64,000 bases of DNA from Botryllus schlosseri (lineage: Eukaryota): NCBI GenBank assembly GCA_051294905.1, contig CM119372.1, positions 27,344,001-27,408,000 of the forward strand, written 5' to 3'. Below are positions 25,742 through 39,434 of the stretch, in pieces. A program made the position numbers and the translations under genes. How positions within the stretch are numbered: the stretch's first letter is position 1; each line of letters starts with the position of its first letter. The notes under the pieces are model-generated. The model did no database searches, had not been told where the DNA came from, and saw only the letters and a program-made list of their open reading frames with translations.

Positions 25742-26979
25742 CTATATGCCATTGCTGTACACAGCAATATAATTCAGGCCTGCTGTTCAATTATGATAAA
25801 TCAGCAGATGTGGTTGTTGCATAACTAATAGCATCTTATGAAATACGTCGGAGCCGGAGCTACTCCTCAAATAACGGGCTCCAGCTCCGGCTCCGGCTCC
25901 GGCTCCAGCTGAATTTTATGTAGAGCTCCAGCTCCGGCTCCAGCTCCTAGTATAGTATACTAATTTAATAGCAAAATGTATATCTCTGTTCTTACTTTAA
26001 CCAAACCTCTTTGTTTTATTGAAATTGAATTCGAATATAGTTTACATAGTCCTCAACCATTGGCGCAGGCTCGAATTGTATCATATCAATTTGTAAATGG
26101 TCAATATATTGCCTCTTATCAATTCGTTTCTCTATTCTTTATTTTGGCTATGCAATCACTTACGTAGTTTTGCAGTTCTACTATATGTGAGCTAAACAGC
26201 GACCTATTGCATATATATTTAACTCTATATTCGTTCATTGCTTCAGAATCAATCACCACTCACTTTGTATTTCAGATAGCTAGCAAAATACAGTGACGTA
26301 ATCATGCCTCATGCCTCGAAAAGGCAACTTGACTTGAATTCTGACTTGACTTGACTTGACTCGACTTGACTCGAGTCACCTCCAAAACTCGAGTGACTTG
26401 ACTTGACTCGAGTAACTTTTGAAAATCGATTGACTTGACTTGACTCGAGTCAAAATGTGCAATGACTCGAAATGACTCGTGACTCGAAGGTAGTGACTTG
26501 ATCCCAACACTGGCTTGTTCTATCATTACCCTGGTATAATGTATTTTCCTTGTTCGCGAATGTTGCGTATATGTCATAGTCCTTGTACAAATAAAAAGTA
26601 ATCGCTCTTTCACAAAGAAATCGATTAGATATGGGAAGTAGTCGATTACGATTACGATTACTTCGTAATTTTTTCGAATGTAATCGATTGCGATTACGAA
26701 TACTTGAAAATGCTGTAATCGTCGTAATCGATTACGATTACTAATCGCGATTACCCCATGTCTGATCGTAACTTCTACTCCATAAACTGCCAAGCGAGTT
26801 TTGAAATCGTAGATCCTGATAATGTAAAAGTTACATGCATATTTTAATCAATTTGTGGAACTTGGAAATCATTTTCTGTGCTTTGGTAGGATGATCATCA
26901 CGTAATATCTATATTTGACATAACCATCATCGTAATTCAAAAATATGTAGCTTGTCTTGGAGCGACGTTACGATATGCC

Positions 26980-27425
26980 TAAGGTTGCATTTAAAACAAA
27001 AATCAATTTAGATAAACATGTTTAAAACAAGGCCCTAATTTAAAACATGTTTTTTGTTGTTTTCGATGTTTTTTCACAAAGTCATGACGTCACTGATATT
27101 CGATTGTGACGTCATAGTGGATTGACATTGACAATTGAAAATATAGGGTAAAATAGCTCCTCTGGCGAAATATATATACTATTGCTGGTGAACCGACTAT
27201 TTTGAGGGTTCCAACCATCCCATATCGATATACGTCCGCTAAATCGAGTCGTAATTGTCCGTAAGCTCATGCAACATGTTGTTTGTAAAGTATTTACACA
27301 ATTATGGCATAATTTTACAACTTAAAAAGCACAATTTTTTTTAAACACGCCTATTTTTAAACACTGTTTAAAACATGTTTTAAACAAATAGTTTTAAAAC
27401 ACTGTTTGTTTAAAATGCAACCCAA
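26980..27425. mobile_element. hAT-like MITE with TTTAAAACA repeats
   Basis: TAAGGTTGCATTT / AAATGCAACCCAA. Perfect TSD GATATGCC. Confidence 0.85.
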
Positions 27426-29558
27426 GATATGCCGGCCTTCAACACGCATTAAATTTCATGAAATTTATAGACGCGCTGATCTTCGCTAATGAACCTAATG
27501 TGTAGACCACAGATTGGCGGGGGAAATGGACATTTGATCCGCTGTACCAAAATAATTGTAGTGATGTAAATTTAATTCTAATATATAAATTCTAATGCAG
27601 TGGTTTCGAACTGGTGGGACATTCAGGGGTTTCTTGTCGGGTATAGACTCACTTGTAACAAATATCACATTAGTAACCTCGTTTATTGAACGTCTGTACG
27701 AAATACCGATCGTATCTCTAATTATTAGGCATACTAGCTCATTTGCAATTCAGCAATTTGTATTATCAGTGCCTCCACTAAGCGAGAATCCACTGGAAAT
27801 CGGCACGCGATCTCCCGTATATACGTTGTTATTCAGTCGCATGCGAAATGGTGTGATTGGAATCACCTGATTCGTTATAATAAGAGTTCACATGTATGTA
27901 AATATGTATTCAGGTAGATCGCGGACTAGCTAATTGATAGCATAGCCGGACTCGTTCCAGATGAAATGACATATTTATTTTCGAGTTATGCAGCTTGCGA
28001 AAGTGTAGCTTATGACGGCTTATATCTAACAGCAGGAAGTTTATCAGGCCCATGCATTATTTGGCATTTACACATGTAAATTGATGCTACCTAGCTACAT
28101 ATGGAAATATTTCAAACCCTTCCTATTTTTCTGTCGGCTTACACATACATTTGACGGAGGCGCAACATTGCGTTTACGGTTCATTCATTTCCTTGCGTAC
28201 TGTTCAATTCTGTGGGTCTTAACTTCCACCAATAGCAAGTCTTTACAAAACAAAGTATCACCAAATTTTATTGGAGGGAGCAATTTTAAAGGGCGGAAAT
28301 ATAGATTTCAGGTTGTGGGGAATAAATAAAAAAAAGGGTTGGGTCCAATCTTCTAATTTCACAATACCTTTGGTTCGTGTAATTTTGTAGATGATGTTAC
28401 TGCTAGCAGTCCGTTACCAGCTTACCACACTAGATTTACATGTCATGAGATTCTTTTGTGATTTCCAAATAATCCGGTGTGTAGGCCTATATATTATACG
28501 TTCTTTCTTCGATGATTAGGCAACATACATTGCTGACGAAATATGATATAAAAAAACTTGTGATATCATTGGTTCATCAGGGCTGTTTAAATGGATAATT
28601 CCATCCAAAATAATTAGAATAAAAACGCCGCAACATTTCCACATATCAAAAATAGAATATCACTTGAGAGGTTGGGCAAGTTGCGAAGGTATGGAAAAGT
28701 ATCAAATATGGTATGGGAGGATGTTGCTATGGTATGGAAAATGTTCAAGTACGGTATGGAACGATTGGGCGGGTATGGAGTATGGCAAATTCCCATTTCA
28801 TTCCATACTATACCATGCCCTGCCTAGAACCGATGCATATTTATTTAAACTGTGAAGTAACACGCACTTCTGGTTTCGTGTTGAGCTGTTAGTAAGCAAT
28901 CCCCATTCATCTGGTTGTCTATAATAGACAATGCAAAAGAAGCCCTTTATACTATGACAATGTACCAAAAGAAATAAAGCGTCCGGAAACAGATTTCCTC
29001 GTTTCCGATAAAATGCAACAGAATATGAAAACTGCGTGAGACGAATTAGCATGATAAGTACAGGCGTAGATTAATAATGATAAATTCTTTCAAGATATCA
29101 TGATGGGCCCTTTTATCTTTGGAAAAGCAGACATCCTGTTTTTTCTAATGTTTCAAAACAAGCTCAATAGGAATCATATTTATGTCCTGTACCGGAGTGA
29201 ACAATTCCCTTCTACATAATATACCAACATTACATAATTGCTGTTTGCAAACTTTTACGATTTACGAAAGAGCAGTGTGATGTCACAAAATGCATTGACC
29301 GATTAAATCTGCAGGACAGATGTATAAAAATAGATAACGTAGGGAGCTAACTTAGGTACGGAACTACTAATCACAATCTTTAAGTGAAGAGTGGTATACA
29401 AGTATGATGATTGCTACCGAGTAAAGATAGTTTCATCCACGTATGAATGTATTGGTCGAAAAGAGGTCTTCATCGAAAGAAGATAGAGAACCACTACTAT
29501 GTTCACCGAATAATGAGTTATTCTGTGGTACAACAATCCAGGTTTTGTCATTATATAT

Positions 29559-30127
29559 GATTTCAATAACAATATTTGATTTGTTGCAGTTATACGCTCA
29601 CCGTCATGTCACAAACGAAAGCCGAAATTTGATGAATTTATTATAATGAGAAAAATACATACCGAAAACAAATTTGACGTGATAGAGAAATTCTGGGCAC
29701 AGCATCGGATTCAGCAACCTAGTATTAGCCTGAATCAATCATAAAATTTGTTCGGTCAAAGTTTTTTTGAAATTTGGACATCAGTGTACTTTATGAGTCG
29801 AAAAGAGCTGCTAATTGAAGGAAGTTGTGGAATCACTGGATTCAAGTTCCTCGAAAACTCACTCATTCTGTACCACAACAACCCAGGTTTAATGATAGAT
29901 GATTTTGATAACAATATTTGATCTGTTACTGTTGTATGCTAACCGCGATGTCACTAACAAAAGCCTGAATTTGAATAATTTACGAATATGGGGAAAATTC
30001 ATACTGAAGAAAAGTGACGTGATAGAAAAATTATGAGCACAGAATCGGATTCAGCAACATTAAATTAGCCTAAATAAATGATTAGAATTCTTGGCGCCAA
30101 TTTTTTTTTCGAAATTTGTAGACCAGC
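29559..30127 (+). repeat. Diverged direct duplication (period ~342 bp) of a DNA-transposon-like end
   Basis: 29559..29788 aligns with 29901..30127 (shared ATAACAATATTTGAT, GACGTGATAGA, TCGGATTCAGCAAC, GAAATTTG). Confidence 0.75.
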
Positions 30128-32729
30128 GAAATCAATAACTCATAACATTGAACTGTGAATTGAAGACACAATTTCCAACAACGACAAATGGCATTTCACC
30201 ATCACATTTAAAATTATTGGAAAGATGTGAAAAGAAGGTGATATAGTCACTCCGATCAGATACGGTACATGCCTAGACCTTTCTTTCGATATCTGAATGG
30301 TGTTATGTACAGTGTGTATGCTATTGAATAATGAATAAAGCGAAACTACTTCCATTGACTAATGGGCTGAATTTGTGTCATAATTTCTGTATATTACAAA
30401 TACCATATCCCAATTGACATCAAGTCCAAATAACGTGCTAATCCAAATCGATTCAAAGTAATCTAATCGTTTTTTAACATTTAAGCCAAACCCCCGCTAA
30501 TTTTTGTCGAGTAGCAGTAATTTGAATAATCTGACAGGAAAAGCGGAGTTACTGCCGGTCACGGGTCACTTCTACCCGCTGTTGGACAATTCTATTTAAT
30601 GTCATGCTCGCTGAATAGCACGATTCGTAACAACGTTATCAAATCATTGGACGTCAGTGGAATGTGTGTAAACAATATACATCAGCATAAGGAAATATCG
30701 CCCACATCGAACATACGGATATAGTGATTCTCCCGCAGTTGTTTGCTGCTGCATCAAATCGTAATAGAGCTATGCCGCATCCATGGAATACTGCAACCAC
30801 GTTGTATTGATAGGAAGGAATTGTATCCTACCAAAATACAATCCATTACTGCTATAGGTTTTTAGCGCCGAGCAAGTTGCTATTTCTATAGCGTGATGAG
30901 TCAGCAGAAAGTGTGTTACTGCGTTCAATATCTCATTTCTTTGCTCGATTTCTTCCATTGATGTTACGCGAAGCGTATACTTTTAGTCATAATTCAAGTG
31001 TATAGGTTACCGTTCTCCGTGCTCGGTTACATTTTCAACGAGACCGGCTCAGAAAATTCGCTGTCTTGTGTCGTGGCCTTCATACAGATAAAATGTTTTT
31101 GCACTATTTTAGGACATGTTCAGGTCAGAAATATGTCGAACTAAAATTGAAGATATGACCAGATGAAGTTGACCGATGCCACCAGGGCCCTAAGATTTTA
31201 AAGAGATTAATAAAATGCATTAGCAAGTGAAGTATACTAATTTCTGTAGCGTCGATCGGTTACTTGTAAAATCCGAGGACGCTCAGAAGAGTTTGCAGCG
31301 GGGATTCAAATTGGTATTTTTTGAGATTTCGTAATTGGTACATAAAGTAGCTTACTGTCTGAAAGAACGATTAAGTGATGGTAACTATAACTATACATGA
31401 GTCCGGACGATATCGGATTGTTGAGCCGATACCGATGAAATCGATAGCTAGAACCTTTAATGATAAGACCGATAAATTCAGTTGGCACCTATAGCATAAG
31501 CGGCATTCCCAAAACGTTTCTTGAAGTAAGCTATAGAAAGCCTTCATATGTACCACCTTTAAGCAGAGGTGGTACTTAGTAGGTTTGGCCTACTTTCACT
31601 AATTACTCAAGTGGCTATGATTTTAGACTACTTCTACATACACAGTTTTCAGTTTTTAGGCACAACTATAGGTAAGAATACCATTTTTTTTTCTTACTTG
31701 GAATTCACAATTTCTACTGCTGCAAGAGATATATCAATATTCGCAGTCTAGCAATCGCCTATATTAATAGTTATCTGAATCCCTGTACTACCAGACTGTG
31801 ACGTAACAAAAATTGCCGTATTTTTCCCTCTAAAGGCTGATACCGATATGTCTTCTAAAATTTGATATCGGCTCGATATATTTACGGCGAACCGATAATA
31901 ATAGGTTATGGGCTCTATAATTATCATCCACGATGCTTCGCATACATTCAATGCGGTATGTAGAAATTCATGACTACAAGTATCAAAATAATACCGTGTA
32001 CACAGGATTTATCATGAGTGCTCTGTGTGAAATTTGATCCTCTGCACAAAACCATGGAATCGTGAAAACTATCTTCAAGTAACCAGTTTTGCTAATCTAC
32101 TTGCCGAATCCGTGTACTACATATTTATCGCGATCGGATATCCGCGCAAGTGTCGAAAATACGACTTATAATAACAATGAGTAGCATCAACTACGAAAGA
32201 CGCAATTACGCATTTGAGAACTTAAATTAATTTCACAATTTGCGGGTTGAAGTTTCAGATTTAAGTGTTTTGATGGTAGCAAGATGACAGAACGCTGATT
32301 TACGAAACATGTTACGGTTTTGACCGAGAAAAACCGAGTACCCTTTGATTCAATTTTGAGTCGGCTTGGAATCTATTTTAGTCGAGTCAAGTATTCGAGT
32401 AGGCTACTACTCATTGTGACATTATACCACTAAGCGTGTATTTAAGTGTACATGTGCCTACTTTTTATGTAACTACAACGTCAATAAAACCAGTTGCACA
32501 TATTTATATAAATTATTTCAAAGCTGCTGACAGTAACATGTCATTTCAATCCGATACAATACTGCAGTTGAGTATCCTAGCCGTCAAGAATGGTATATCC
32601 TTCTGCTGCAGATATTGAATGATACGTGATTAAGTATCGAGGTTTCATGGATCCCGAGGTGACAAGAAAGTATCGCAACCACCAGTGGCGGCTCGTCCTA
32701 TAGGGCAATTGGGGCATTGCGCCACCTAA

Positions 32730-34900
32730 AGTTAATGTTCAATAACAATGATTTACCATTTATAGACGCTCAGCAATCAATATATACCGAAATCACGGCG
32801 AAAATCGCATTCTTTTTGTGCTTTCGCTTGTAAATGCCCATATATAGCGAAGTCTCTACGAAAATCGAACATCTTCTGTGTTATCGCTTTGTAAATGCCT
32901 AGCCGGAGCTTGCTCCGGTAGTGCTCATAACAAGCTTTCACTGTTTGTTCTCTCAAAGCCGTACACAATAAAGAAACGGTGAGCTACTCTCTCGTATTCA
33001 TTAAATTACCGAGCAACCGGGGAAACTTGGCGAGTCGCTATGCCAGTGTGACGTAGAAAGGGTGCATATATACCCAGGGTTGCCATACCGTCCTTATTTC
33101 TAAGATTTGTCCTTATTTTGAAGGGCCACGTCTTAGAAAACTCAATTGTCCTTACTTCTAAGAAATGTCCTTCTTTTTGACTTGCGTCCTTATTTTGTCT
33201 TATTTTCAACAACTTTGATCGTTTTATTCCGGTAGCCTATCTGTGTTGCAATATCTGCCATTGTGACATTAACCTGGAGGCCATATGAAATATAGCTATT
33301 TCAACATATATTGATACCCCAAAACACAGGAAGTGTGTCATTGAGTAATTCGAGCCAGTCGTCACAAGTCGGTCAGCACCAACGACCACAGACTACAAGG
33401 CCGCTGCTGCTAAGGGTATATGGGCATTCCATACAGTCAAACACCAGCAATCAGACCTCACCAACGATTGCACATCGCAATTGTTAAAAGAAACATTCCC
33501 CGGCTCAAACATCGCAAAGAATTTTGCTTTGGCCAGGACCAAGATTACAAGCATTGTGACTGGAGTTCTTGCTCCATACGCTCAAAAATGATTTTGTATA
33601 AACTTGGTGTAGAGCCTTTTTAGGAGTTTGGTTTATCATCCTATGGGGGGCCCAAGACCAAATTTTTTTTTGGGGGGGGGGGGACTGACGAAATGCTGTT
33701 TCGGCCCCGAATAAAGGTAAACCTACACTTGAACTGTCGTGAGATCCATGAAGCACTTTCTAATAGCAAGGAGTTGCTGGAGTAGATTGTTTCTGTCAAA
33801 AAACTATGGAAAATGATATGCCACGGCTCGTATGAATACAAAGTATATGGACAAAAACGCTTTTTAATGCCAATCTAATTTTTTCGACTGTCCTTATTTT
33901 TGGGTCAATGTCGATGCCAACCCGGTATATACCTGAACTCTGTAAGGGTCTGTAACCGTCCTATGGGTTTAGTCGACATTTGCTGGTATAAGTCGATTTT
34001 GACGGTGTTTGGCAACATGATAATTCTTGAAACTTGGTATGTTATGTCGTGACGATAGTATTTAACAACAAGTTTCAGGGTTGCTAGTTAAAGCTTAGGG
34101 TAGTAATTTCGTTTCCAAAGTTGACTGGGTGCTGATCCGTAATGTATCGTAAACATATCTTACTCAAAAGCGGGTATTGGTTTTTATTGATTTTGATGAT
34201 GATCCATGCCGAGATCGGTCATGACTTTTGATATAGTTAGTCTTAATGTTAGTATCGAACGCTGTACCAAGTTTTGAGTTTATCACTGAACTATGTGGGT
34301 AGTAATTTCGTTTCTTAAGTCGAGTGAGAGCTGACTCGCCATTTATCGCTAACAGATTTTACGCAAAACCGGAATTGGTCTCTATTGATTATTACGATGC
34401 TCCATACTTAGATAGGTCATGAGCTGTTGGACGATATGTCTTGATTTTAGTATCGAACGCTGTCCCAAGTCGCGAGGTTGACGCTCAGTGATTAGGCAGT
34501 AATTTCGTTATCGAGGTCGAGTATTGTAAAGATGTGCGCTGATCTAACAGATAGATAGGCCTAACTACCGCATTGCGGATTTCACGCAAAAGCCGGTTTT
34601 GGAATGCGCTAATTTTAACTGTGTTTCATACTGAGATAGGTGATGGGATGATGGTCTCATGAAACAGTTTACTAAGATTCTCGGTTCGCATTCAAATATT
34701 TCTCTATCTTATATATTCTTCAATGTTAATTTCACCGTAAAATTGTGGCCTTCAAGCCATTTGCTTACAATCACCAGCCAAGCGCGATAGCTAGTTCGTT
34801 TTCGACGACGGCTATCAGCTTATCACTTGATCAGGCTATTCTCAATATATTTTACGCAAAATCCGATGTTTTTACGCAAGACTCGGCCCTTATCAGCCTG
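32730..34900 (+). mobile_element. Dispersed repeat with internal ~199-bp tandem units (possibly Helitron/Helentron-derived), copy 1
   Basis: Collinear with the reverse complement of about 51550..52850. Units start GTAGTAATTTCGTT at about 34100, 34299 and 34497. Boundaries are approximate and the class is uncertain. Confidence 0.7.
33075..33925. mobile_element. hAT-like MITE (CAGGGTTGCCAT TIR, GTCCTTATTT repeats)
   Basis: Perfect TSD TATATACC. Absent from the paralogous copy near 52505. Confidence 0.85.
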
Positions 34901-35461
34901 GAAATTGTCAATTGATGCAATCGTACGCGGGAGGAAAGCGCACCCTTACCTTCTTCCAACGTAGTTCGATAAAAATGAATGTCTGACGTATAAGCGTGGA
35001 TAAGGACGCCTTGTTATACACTTTTACACTGCTGGTGCCAGGGGCAGTGTCTCTATAGTTCGACCGAAATTGGGTATCGTGATCTGAAGCATGTGGTCTA
35101 CTGCCAATGGTGTCTCGATATTACCAGATGGTCGACATTGCTCGGCTCGAGTAGACTTGTTATTTTTCAATACATCTTTCCGAAGTAGTAACCACTAGTG
35201 AACTTTTATAATTCCTATAGTTAAAAAATCGCTTCCTATCGACTTGGCTGCAGTAATTAGGCCCGATGCGCTAGATGTGCTCACGATTAGGGCTTAGCAA
35301 AATCAAGTACATGAGTGATTGGATTCTGAATCACGTATTACGCTTCGAGTCGAGTAATCGAGGATCACTCATTATGACGTCACAACAGAATGTAATATGT
35401 CAAATCCAAATATGTAGGCTACCTTTTATGTCACCACAAACGGCATAGTGCCTGTTATCCG

Positions 35462-35589
35462 CAGGGCTGTGGCCGAAGTCGGCACGTTCAAAGACTCAGG
35501 AGTCGGAGTCGGAGTCGGTATATTGAAAATGTGTGGAGTTGAAGTCGGAGCCGGAGTCGGTGGTAAAATTTACCGACTCCACAGCCCTG
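35462..35589. mobile_element. 128-bp MITE with GGAGTC repeats
   Basis: TIR CAGGGCTGTGG / CCACAGCCCTG. Perfect TSD GTTATCCG. Confidence 0.9.
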
Positions 35590-35780
35590 GTTATCCGTCA
35601 CATTAAAGATACTGTGGTATTTTTTGACCATACCGATTTCATTGCCCTACTTGACAATGTTGTGGGATGATGATGACTTCGGAAATGTGTTATTTCCAGT
35701 AACGTTCATAGCTTTGTACTATGTCTCGTATGTTGCGACACGGCCAATCAAGGTTTCAAGATTTCCTCAGTGGAAAATAG

Positions 35781-36766
35781 TAGGGATGGTGTGAACCTCT
35801 GAAAGGTTCAGGTTCGTGTGAACGTGAACCTTTTTGAAAGGTTCTGTGTGAACGCGAACGTGAACCTCATGACGTCACGTGACGTAATATTGCTAATTCC
35901 AACCCTCTCTTTCAATGAAGTGATAGCCTATATTAATGTACAGTTGTACAGGATACCTAGCGACGACTCGGGTCAAATAATGCAACAATGCTGATGCGTT
36001 TTAAACGTCGCTAAATGTATCAACTGGGGCAATCAATTGATATAATACTCCCATAAAATCAATATCTTCCGTCGCTTTGCCAACAATTTCGACAAGGACT
36101 TATCAGGGAATATACACTTACCCCTTAACGGTCTAGGCCAGACCGGACAATGTATTCGGCGTCTGGGTATTGCTACATTGATATTGAGCAGAGTGTATAA
36201 TGGGTTTCAATACTTGCTACCAATATCACCCCATTAGGAAGTTACACTGCAGTAGTCAACCCCTCAATCGCACGGATTTGGTTTTAATGATGTAGTAAAG
36301 ATATTGAGTCATGATTGACCCCGTATGCCTTCTCGAATTTTTACATCAGAAAACGATATCAATCTTATTGATTGGTTGAATAAGCATCATTCGCTGACTA
36401 CGTATTTCGCTCGTAATGTTTTGTGATTGCGGGTCAAGCTCACAGCAGAGAGTCACTAAATATTCACAAACGGAAAGCTGGATACTTCGAGCAAACTTTT
36501 GTATCAAAGCAAGTAAAACTTTTGAGATTGTCAAGGTGCATGCTCGTTTAGTGTTGATTTTTAATGCTGCCAGCGCCATGCATAGAGTGGGCCGCAGTTG
36601 AAATGCAATAATTTTGAACCAAAGATGTTATAATGTTATAATTGTAATATATGAAAAAGGTTCACAGTGCAGAACCTACCAAGGTTCTGTTGTGAACGCG
36701 AACCTCTAAATTTCCGAGGTTCACACACAGAACGCGAACGTGAACCTCAAGTTCACACCATCCCTA
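35781..36766. mobile_element. Family A hAT-like non-autonomous element, copy 2
   Basis: Same TIRs as 757..1753. Perfect 8-bp TSD GAAAATAG. Confidence 0.93.
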
Positions 36767-36971
36767 GAAAATAGTATCAAAACTACAATTATCGTTAGTA
36801 AATTAACTTTCAGTTGCGAGGAGCGTATAATTTCGGTACACGAAAAAATCGTATTTTTCTATTCGATTTCAATCATTAAAATTAATACTAGATTCAAATT
36901 CGAGTACCCGAATCATTGTGCCCAGCCCTACTCACGATTCTCAACGTTCTCATTCTGGGTATACTAGATTT

Positions 36972-39434
36972 CAGACATCGGGTGATTACTTCATGAATGT
37001 AATCGATTGCGATTACGATTACTTGTGAATCCCGCGATTACGATTACGATTACGATTACAGCAAAATCAGGAAGTAGTCGATTACGATTACGATTACATT
37101 TCAAATGTAATCACGATTACTGACAATTACATTTGTTTTCCATCTTATGTAGAACTAATTTCGGAAGACATATTGGAAGACAATATAAGGCTTGCGATGA
37201 AAAGGTCTAATGAGATAACAACTTTCTTTATATATCATACGTCATTTGCTTGTTACGTCATAGTGTACCCATTGCCCAACTCTATGCAGGACTATTCGTC
37301 GCACCCAACGATTTGCATTCTTGCCAGGTCCGTAACTGCAACACCCCAAACTCCCCAATAGGACCGGAAGCGAGCTCTAAGGGGACTCAAAAGTATTTCG
37401 TAAATTATCATAGAGTATTTTCAAGAGAGTTTTTTAACTTGAAAATCTTCTTCGAGCTTCGGGAATTAATGTCTCTAAATGGCTTGATTTTGAAATGCAT
37501 ACCTCTCCCCCTCAAGAAAAAAGCATGCATAATTTATAGGAATAGGCATTTCGGTGTCAGTAGCCGCGCTCTGTGGGCGTAACGAATAGTCCGGTCCTTC
37601 CAATCTGAGCCCAACAATGCAAATGCCACCCACAGAGAAGTCAATACATGAGAATTTGTGTGTGCATCTCACGAAAGTTTTTTTTTAAATCTGCTACGTT
37701 TGGGCGACTACAGTATCTTTTGATTATGTAAAAGACGGGAGGTCACGAATTAACAACATACAATAAAGTAATTATAACAACATACCAGATGCTATAGCCT
37801 AGTTATGAATTAGGTGACCCAGCTCTACGGGTAAATCTGAATGAATAGCAATATGCTGCAATTACCGATATTATTGACGAAATTAAGTCATCAACTTGAA
37901 AACTGACACCCTATGAGCCCCCAATACCCAGGGTTGTAATGACTCGAGTCGTGACTCAACTCTCGAGTCCGACTCGAGTCGCGATTTTTCGGTGACTAGA
38001 CTTGACTCAAGTCATATTTTCAAATGCGTAAAGTTACTCGTTTTGAGTCAATTTTTGTATTGACTCGACATGTACTCGATTCATTTTGCATGACTCGAAC
38101 CAAGTCATATGACTCGAGACTAGAACGGCCAAGACAGACATTCTATGTAACTTTGAAAAATAGTAAAGTTACTACATTATTTGTATTTCGTCTATCAGTT
38201 CTGATACTTGGAAATAGGGCCGTAAACTGTGAAAACTGATTTAGATAACTATATAATGAATACAAGCCATTCTATATCACTCGAGCAGAGTTGGAAAAAG
38301 TGGGTTAAATCGGATTGACCTGAAAACTGATCCGTGAAAATAACGACTTGGACTCGTACTCGAGTCAAACACTATGACTCGGACTCGACCCTGTGCTAGT
38401 TGACTTGGACTCGGACTTCACTCGGGGATGAATTGAAAATGACTTGACTTGACTCGAGTCAAAACTATAAAAGTGAGATTGACATTGTGACTTGGTTACA
38501 ACCCTACCAATACCAACGTTTGAAGTGGAGGACGAATTACTGTTTTGGTCCTGATTGTACCTACAACCCACGCTAACATGGTCTATAACTGGATGGCTGT
38601 GGCGACATGTATAAATGTCGAGTGAAGAATTGTGAAATAATGATTGGCACCCGTTTCAAGTCGAGTCATATGAGAATAAAATAAAGTGAACTTAAAATTC
38701 TACCTTCCACTTAATACAGATACTGCAAGCTGCCGTTACGAGAAACGGCAAAGAACGTCTCGGTTATGATATACATATCAGCAGCTGCTGATTTTAACCA
38801 TCGTAATGTTTTATTTGACGAGTACAAAGTTCAAATCTTTGTCCGGTGTGCGTACAATATATACGTATATTACATGGATAGGCCTACTGCTCGCCAAGCA
38901 GCAACGGTCAAACTGCGTTTATAACTAGGCATAACCAAACAGCAATACATAAGTTACTATTTGAAACTAGGCAGAGTGGTGATTAGATTATTATCTTGCG
39001 GCGAGGTAGTGGCGTCTGGTGTGTGTTGATATCCTGATATAGAGCATGGCTTACACTGATCTAACAATCACAAAACAATGTACATCGCATATATATTTAC
39101 TACGTGTGGATACTTCTTACGCAAGGACGAGCAAAGCTAATACTTCTGACGTAATATTGAGCAGTGGCGTTTGCAAAACAACCGCTTGCACTATCAACAA
39201 CCTGGTATAATATCTCTTCCTTGTTCACGAATGTTCGGTTATGTCATTTTCATTGAACAAATAAAAAGTAATCGTTTTCTCACAAAGAAATCGATTAGAT
39301 ATGTGAAGTAGTCGATGACGATTACGATTACTTTGGATTTTTTTCGAATGTAATCGATTGCGATTACGATTACTGGAACATGCTGTAATCGTCGTAATCG
39401 ATTACGATTACTAATCGCGATTACCCCATGTCTG
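36972..39434 (+). mobile_element. GATTAC-repeat hAT-like composite element, copy 2
   Basis: CAGACATCGGGT / ACCCCATGTCTG. Perfect TSD CTAGATTT. Shares internal blocks with 22379..26764. Confidence 0.9.
37929..38506. mobile_element. hAT-like MITE with GACTCG/GACTTG repeats
   Basis: CAGGGTTGTAA / TTACAACCCTA. Perfect TSD CCAATACC. Confidence 0.9.

Larger units (their letters stand above)
23142..25948. mobile_element. MITE with GCTCCG/GCTCCA subterminal arrays, split by two hAT insertions
   Basis: Left end CAGGGCTTTGGAGC with arrays at 23174-23273. Matching arrays at 25850-25948. The right TIR/TSD is not resolved. Confidence 0.6.
22379..26764 (+). mobile_element. GATTAC-repeat hAT-like composite element, copy 1
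   Basis: TIR CAGACACGGGGT / ACCCCATGTCTG. Perfect TSD ATCGTAAC. (GATTAC)n subterminal arrays. Confidence 0.9.
21993..28822. mobile_element. hAT-like MITE with (GGTAT)n/TATGGAA subterminal repeats, expanded to 6.8 kb by nested insertions
   Basis: TIR CAGGGCATGGTAT / ATACCATGCCCTG. TSD CCGAGAAC/CCTAGAAC (7/8). Confidence 0.8.
35288..36930. mobile_element. hAT-like MITE hosting two nested elements
   Basis: TAGGGCT... / ...AGCCCTA ends. Perfect TSD CTCACGAT. Confidence 0.85.

Noticed and set aside
26302..26793. 163-aa minus-strand ORF
   Set aside because: It spans GATTAC and TCAAG MITE termini and is a low-complexity repeat translation.
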